From: Candidatus Angelobacter sp.
Lineage (GTDB): Bacteria; Acidobacteriota; Terriglobia; Terriglobales; Acidobacteriaceae
Reading direction: 5' to 3'
Length of the DNA: 64,000 nt
Assembly: GCA_036496525.1 (NCBI GenBank)
Contig: DASXKZ010000011.1
Span: 27,207 to 91,206, forward strand
Shown piece after piece: positions 61,055 to 64,000 of this stretch. The notes beneath the pieces were generated by a model, which searched no databases, was not told the DNA's origin, and worked only from the letters and a program-made list of their open reading frames with translations. How positions within the stretch are numbered: the first letter of the stretch is position 1; the number at the start of each line of letters is the position of its first letter. The position numbers were made by a program, and so were the translations under genes.

Positions 61055-61507
61055 TCAGTCTGAAGAGGGGCGAGTTGAATGTGCAGAATTTGTGGTCAAA
61101 GCAGCCGTATCGCCCAGCGTTGCCGTTACCAGCTCCGTATCCATGTACTCTGTAATCTCTTTGAGTTTGCCGTCATGCAGGCGAATCACAAAACAATAAG
61201 CATTGTTATATGGCTTGCCCGTCTTCGTGATATTGTTGCCGCGCGCTTCCACTACAACGTAGTCGCCTTCAGCAATAAACCGGTGGCCAATAGTTTTAAT
61301 TCGGCCATCAATCCGCGCCCGCAACTGAGCAAGCAAACCTTCAAGGACCTTCTGTTTGCCCTCATACTTCCCTGACCATCTATTATTGCCGGTTACGGTC
61401 CAGCAGAAATCGTCTGCCATGCTCTCCACCAGTGGACGTGAATTGCCCTGGGCCAGCTCATCAAAAATGCTCTGCACGATTTGCTTGTTCTCAACTGCGC
61501 TCATCAT
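61055..61507 (-). CDS. SnoaL/NTF2-like (ketosteroid-isomerase-fold) protein
   Basis: About 150 aa. NKQIVQSIFDELAQGN...DDFCWTV.G......GKYEGK..V......L...I and Y.VVEARG....KTGKPYNN.YCFV..L.DGKI are typical of the SnoaL_2 fold. Confidence 0.7.
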   Translation of the reverse strand: MMSAVENKQIVQSIFDELAQGNSRPLVESMADDFCWTVTGNNRWSGKYEGKQKVLEGLLAQLRARIDGRIKTIGHRFIAEGDYVVVEARGNNITKTGKPYNNAYCFVIRLHDGKLKEITEYMDTELVTATLGDTAALTTNSAHSTRPSSD

Positions 61508-61573
61508 TCCTCTCATTCAGAAACAGAGAAAGATAAAAGAACGGATCCTCAAAAGCCTATTGTTCTAGTTTGC

Positions 61574-63643
61574 TTATGCCAGGGCCAGAAGACGCTGCTG
61601 GCGCAGTATCTCAAGACCTGCCAGGCATACTTTGTCCACCGGAATGCCCGGGATATCGATATTACGCAGCACGAATTCTCCTGTAATCTCCTGGACCGTG
61701 AATCCGTCTGCACAAAGATCCAGCAATTGTGCGGAGAGCGGAGTGAGCTGGCGCACTTCCGCTGGTGCTGCCGGGACCTTGCGAATTGCGAGCTTCACCG
61801 GCTTGCTCGGTACGTCATGCAATGGGCTTTTCTGCCGAAGCCGACGAACAATCTCATGATAGTCTGCGGGAAGGTTGATGACCTTTACTCCCGGAAGCAA
61901 CCGCAGGCGGCTTTCGGGGAAGAGCAAGTCCTCACTATCATGGAACAACGCATCGGGAAGCAGCTTTTGATCGTCGCCGATATTGTCCGCAAGCACCCCC
62001 GCTTCGTATTCCACCAGGGCGGTGATGGCAAGAGGCGCTTTGTTGTCCGGAACGTATTGCAATCGTACAAACTCAAAGAAGTCGGCGGGAAATTGGCTTT
62101 GCGCGTAGTAAGACGTGCGATCACCGTTGGAGAAATGGATTCCATTTGAGGTGCGCCATTGCCGCCATTGCTGAAAGACGTCCACTATGTCGCCGCTGTC
62201 CTGATGTAGTCCCAGGAGAAGCTTGCGAAATGCGCGCATGCCGCTCAGCAGAAAGTCGCGCAGCTCCTTAAGGAATTCGCGGTCGAGGTGCGGCAGAGGA
62301 GTTGAATAAAAGCTGGAGAAGATTTCCGGATGCGCGGCAATGATCGCGTGATCTTCAGGCTCCTGCCGCCAGCCGCGAAATGACATATCGGCGACATCGT
62401 CATTCAGGACTAGCGAATCCTTGTGCTGTGTGGTGATGGGCGTGGCTGCCAGCGGCGCCAGGATGCTGAGTTGCGGATCGGCATGGTCATAGCGCAGAGA
62501 ATCCACAAAGAACGCAGCGGTATCGCGCAGGTCAGACATGGTTTCATCGGGAAAACCGGCCATCAATGAGACCGCTGTATTGATCTTGAATTTGTCGCAG
62601 GAGCGGACACGTTCCTCGGAATCGTTCAAGTCGAGTCCCTTGTCGATGACTTTCTGCATTCGCCGTGAGCCGGTCTCAATGCCGAAGAAAATCCCGCGGC
62701 ATCCTGCGCGAGACATCAGCGCGATCAGCTCTTCGTCAACGCAGTCCGTGCGCGCGCTGCAGCCCCATATGAAAGAGTCTTCCGGGGCCTTCCGCTTGGC
62801 CTCCAGCAAGGCCTCACAAAATGCCACCACGCGCTTGCGGTCCACGGTAAACATGTCATGCACCAGCTCAAAAGAGTTGATGCCGTATGTCTGCCGGACG
62901 CGGCGCATATCGGCAATCATCTGCGCCGGACTCTTCAGTCGGAAATTGCGGCGAAAAAAATCGTTGGTCGAACAGAACGTGCAGGAAAAAGGACAGCCGC
63001 GGCCCAGCTCCAGCGGAAAGTGACGGCAGTGGCGAACATCTGGAAAGAGATGAAAAGCGGGAAATGGCAGGGCATCCAGGTCCGCGACCAGCGGCGCGGC
63101 CGGGTTGCGCACGATTTCATTTTGCCGGCGAAACGTGATGCCCGGGATTGCAGCAAGAGATTGACCTCCGCTTAGCGCGTCAATCAGCTCGGGAAGCGTC
63201 TGCTCGGCTTCTCCGCGCACCACCAGGTCAATCGATGGGAATGCGCGCATGGTGGGAATATCGACAACGGAAGCCTGAGGGCCGCCCAACACAACTATCG
63301 AGTTCGGATGTGTGCGCTTGACCTCAGCAGCGATGCGCAGCGTCACGGGGTAGCTGCTGCAAACCGTACTGAGGCCGAAGAAATCAAAATCGCGGTGTGC
63401 GAAGTAATCTGCAGCAAAGCCGCAAAAATCAGTTTTATCGCGATTCGAATCCCGTAGCCATTCATAGTAAACGCGATTCAGGTCGACAACTTCCGGCTGC
63501 AGGCCTTTGGCTTCCAGCACGGCGGCAAGGCTGAGCACGCCGACAGGAGCAAGCTCGCCCATGATGCGGGCTGCATCCGCTTCGCCCACAACACGGCCAT
63601 CAAACTGGTTGGCTGTGGGAGCGCTGATAAGACAAACCTTCAT
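61574..63643 (-). CDS. B12-binding-domain radical SAM enzyme with a long C-terminal extension ending in a PqqD/RRE-like segment
   Basis: Start at ATG 63643 (MKVCLISAP; GTG 63652 is also possible). The N-terminal Rossmann-like B12 domain has VVLGGPQAS. The radical SAM motif is GRGCPFSCTFCS. The last roughly 70 aa (EVRQLTPLSAQLLDLCADGFTVQEITGEFV...VDKVCLAGLEILRQQRLLAL) resemble PqqD-type winged helices. Confidence 0.8.
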   Translation of the reverse strand: MKVCLISAPTANQFDGRVVGEADAARIMGELAPVGVLSLAAVLEAKGLQPEVVDLNRVYYEWLRDSNRDKTDFCGFAADYFAHRDFDFFGLSTVCSSYPVTLRIAAEVKRTHPNSIVVLGGPQASVVDIPTMRAFPSIDLVVRGEAEQTLPELIDALSGGQSLAAIPGITFRRQNEIVRNPAAPLVADLDALPFPAFHLFPDVRHCRHFPLELGRGCPFSCTFCSTNDFFRRNFRLKSPAQMIADMRRVRQTYGINSFELVHDMFTVDRKRVVAFCEALLEAKRKAPEDSFIWGCSARTDCVDEELIALMSRAGCRGIFFGIETGSRRMQKVIDKGLDLNDSEERVRSCDKFKINTAVSLMAGFPDETMSDLRDTAAFFVDSLRYDHADPQLSILAPLAATPITTQHKDSLVLNDDVADMSFRGWRQEPEDHAIIAAHPEIFSSFYSTPLPHLDREFLKELRDFLLSGMRAFRKLLLGLHQDSGDIVDVFQQWRQWRTSNGIHFSNGDRTSYYAQSQFPADFFEFVRLQYVPDNKAPLAITALVEYEAGVLADNIGDDQKLLPDALFHDSEDLLFPESRLRLLPGVKVINLPADYHEIVRRLRQKSPLHDVPSKPVKLAIRKVPAAPAEVRQLTPLSAQLLDLCADGFTVQEITGEFVLRNIDIPGIPVDKVCLAGLEILRQQRLLALA

Positions 63644-63841
63644 GATTGCCACTTATTTGGACTGCACATGGACGATAGCGCGTCATTGCCGATCAAACTG
63701 ATCGACTATCGTGGATGAGTTTCTTGCGATTTCCTTGCAAAATTGCAAGCCCAGCCCAAGACTTTTTGTCTTGGGTGGGCACAGCGAATCAATGAGCGTT
63801 GACACATCGCCGGCTACATATCTGCCGGCCTTGCATTGCGA

Positions 63842-63991
63842 TTAGGAGGGAGGAGGCTCATCGACAGGGACATCGCATCCCATGTTGGTGACCAACGTAT
63901 TTTCAAATGCCTGCCTGAGCTCTACGACCTGAGGCTGGGTCAACCCCAGTTCAGGAACTGTGCGTGCAGCTTCCTGCAGCTGATTGGCCAT
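63842..63991 (-). CDS. Short ORF (49 aa if ATG 63991 is the start), a possible precursor peptide; the reading frame stays open to the window edge
   Basis: MANQLQEAARTVPELGLTQPQVVELRQAFENTLVTNMGCDVPVDEPPPS, verified codon by codon. AAGG lies 4 nt before the ATG. There is no in-frame stop between 63992 and 64000, so a longer protein cannot be excluded. Confidence 0.35.
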   Translation of the reverse strand: MANQLQEAARTVPELGLTQPQVVELRQAFENTLVTNMGCDVPVDEPPPS

Positions 63992-64000
63992 GTGCCTTGC

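Overview
This is a 64-kb chromosomal segment with about 57 credible protein genes and one tRNA (anticodon CAT). I found no rRNA, CRISPR array, transposase or integrase. Most of it is housekeeping or core metabolism: acyl-CoA carboxyltransferase, two acyl-CoA dehydrogenases, queC-queE-queD, dinG-like helicase, der, trmFO, ffh, RNase H, an L,D-transpeptidase and an SPFH protein. There is also an envelope and signalling block: tandem phosphoesterase lipoproteins, CarboxypepD_reg-TPR paralogs, and an SBP-like/histidine kinase/Sel1/NtrC-type operon. Gene content, GC around the high 50s (by eye) and the intergenic repeats suggest an Acidobacteriota-like genome; this is inference only.

Four things stand out:
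1. A visibly AT-richer cassette at about 48.9-51.3 kb, beside the tRNA. It holds a promoter-equipped 41-aa hydrophobic peptide, an Mrr-type PD-(D/E)xK nuclease fused to an unknown domain, and an apparently leaderless 190-aa helical protein. This is a candidate defence or abortive-infection module that I cannot assign to a named system.
2. A 21-bp duplication of the tRNA 3-prime end, 235 bp apart, which looks like an att scar.
3. At the right edge, a short ORF directly upstream of a B12-binding radical SAM enzyme whose C-terminus looks like a PqqD/RRE domain. This is a RiPP-like cassette, but the small ORF is open at the window border.
4. Two families of intergenic inverted-repeat elements. One has arms built from tandem 8-10-nt words that co-vary between arms. 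The other is a roughly 140-160-bp MITE-like element.

All functional calls come from motif recognition by eye. No searches were run.
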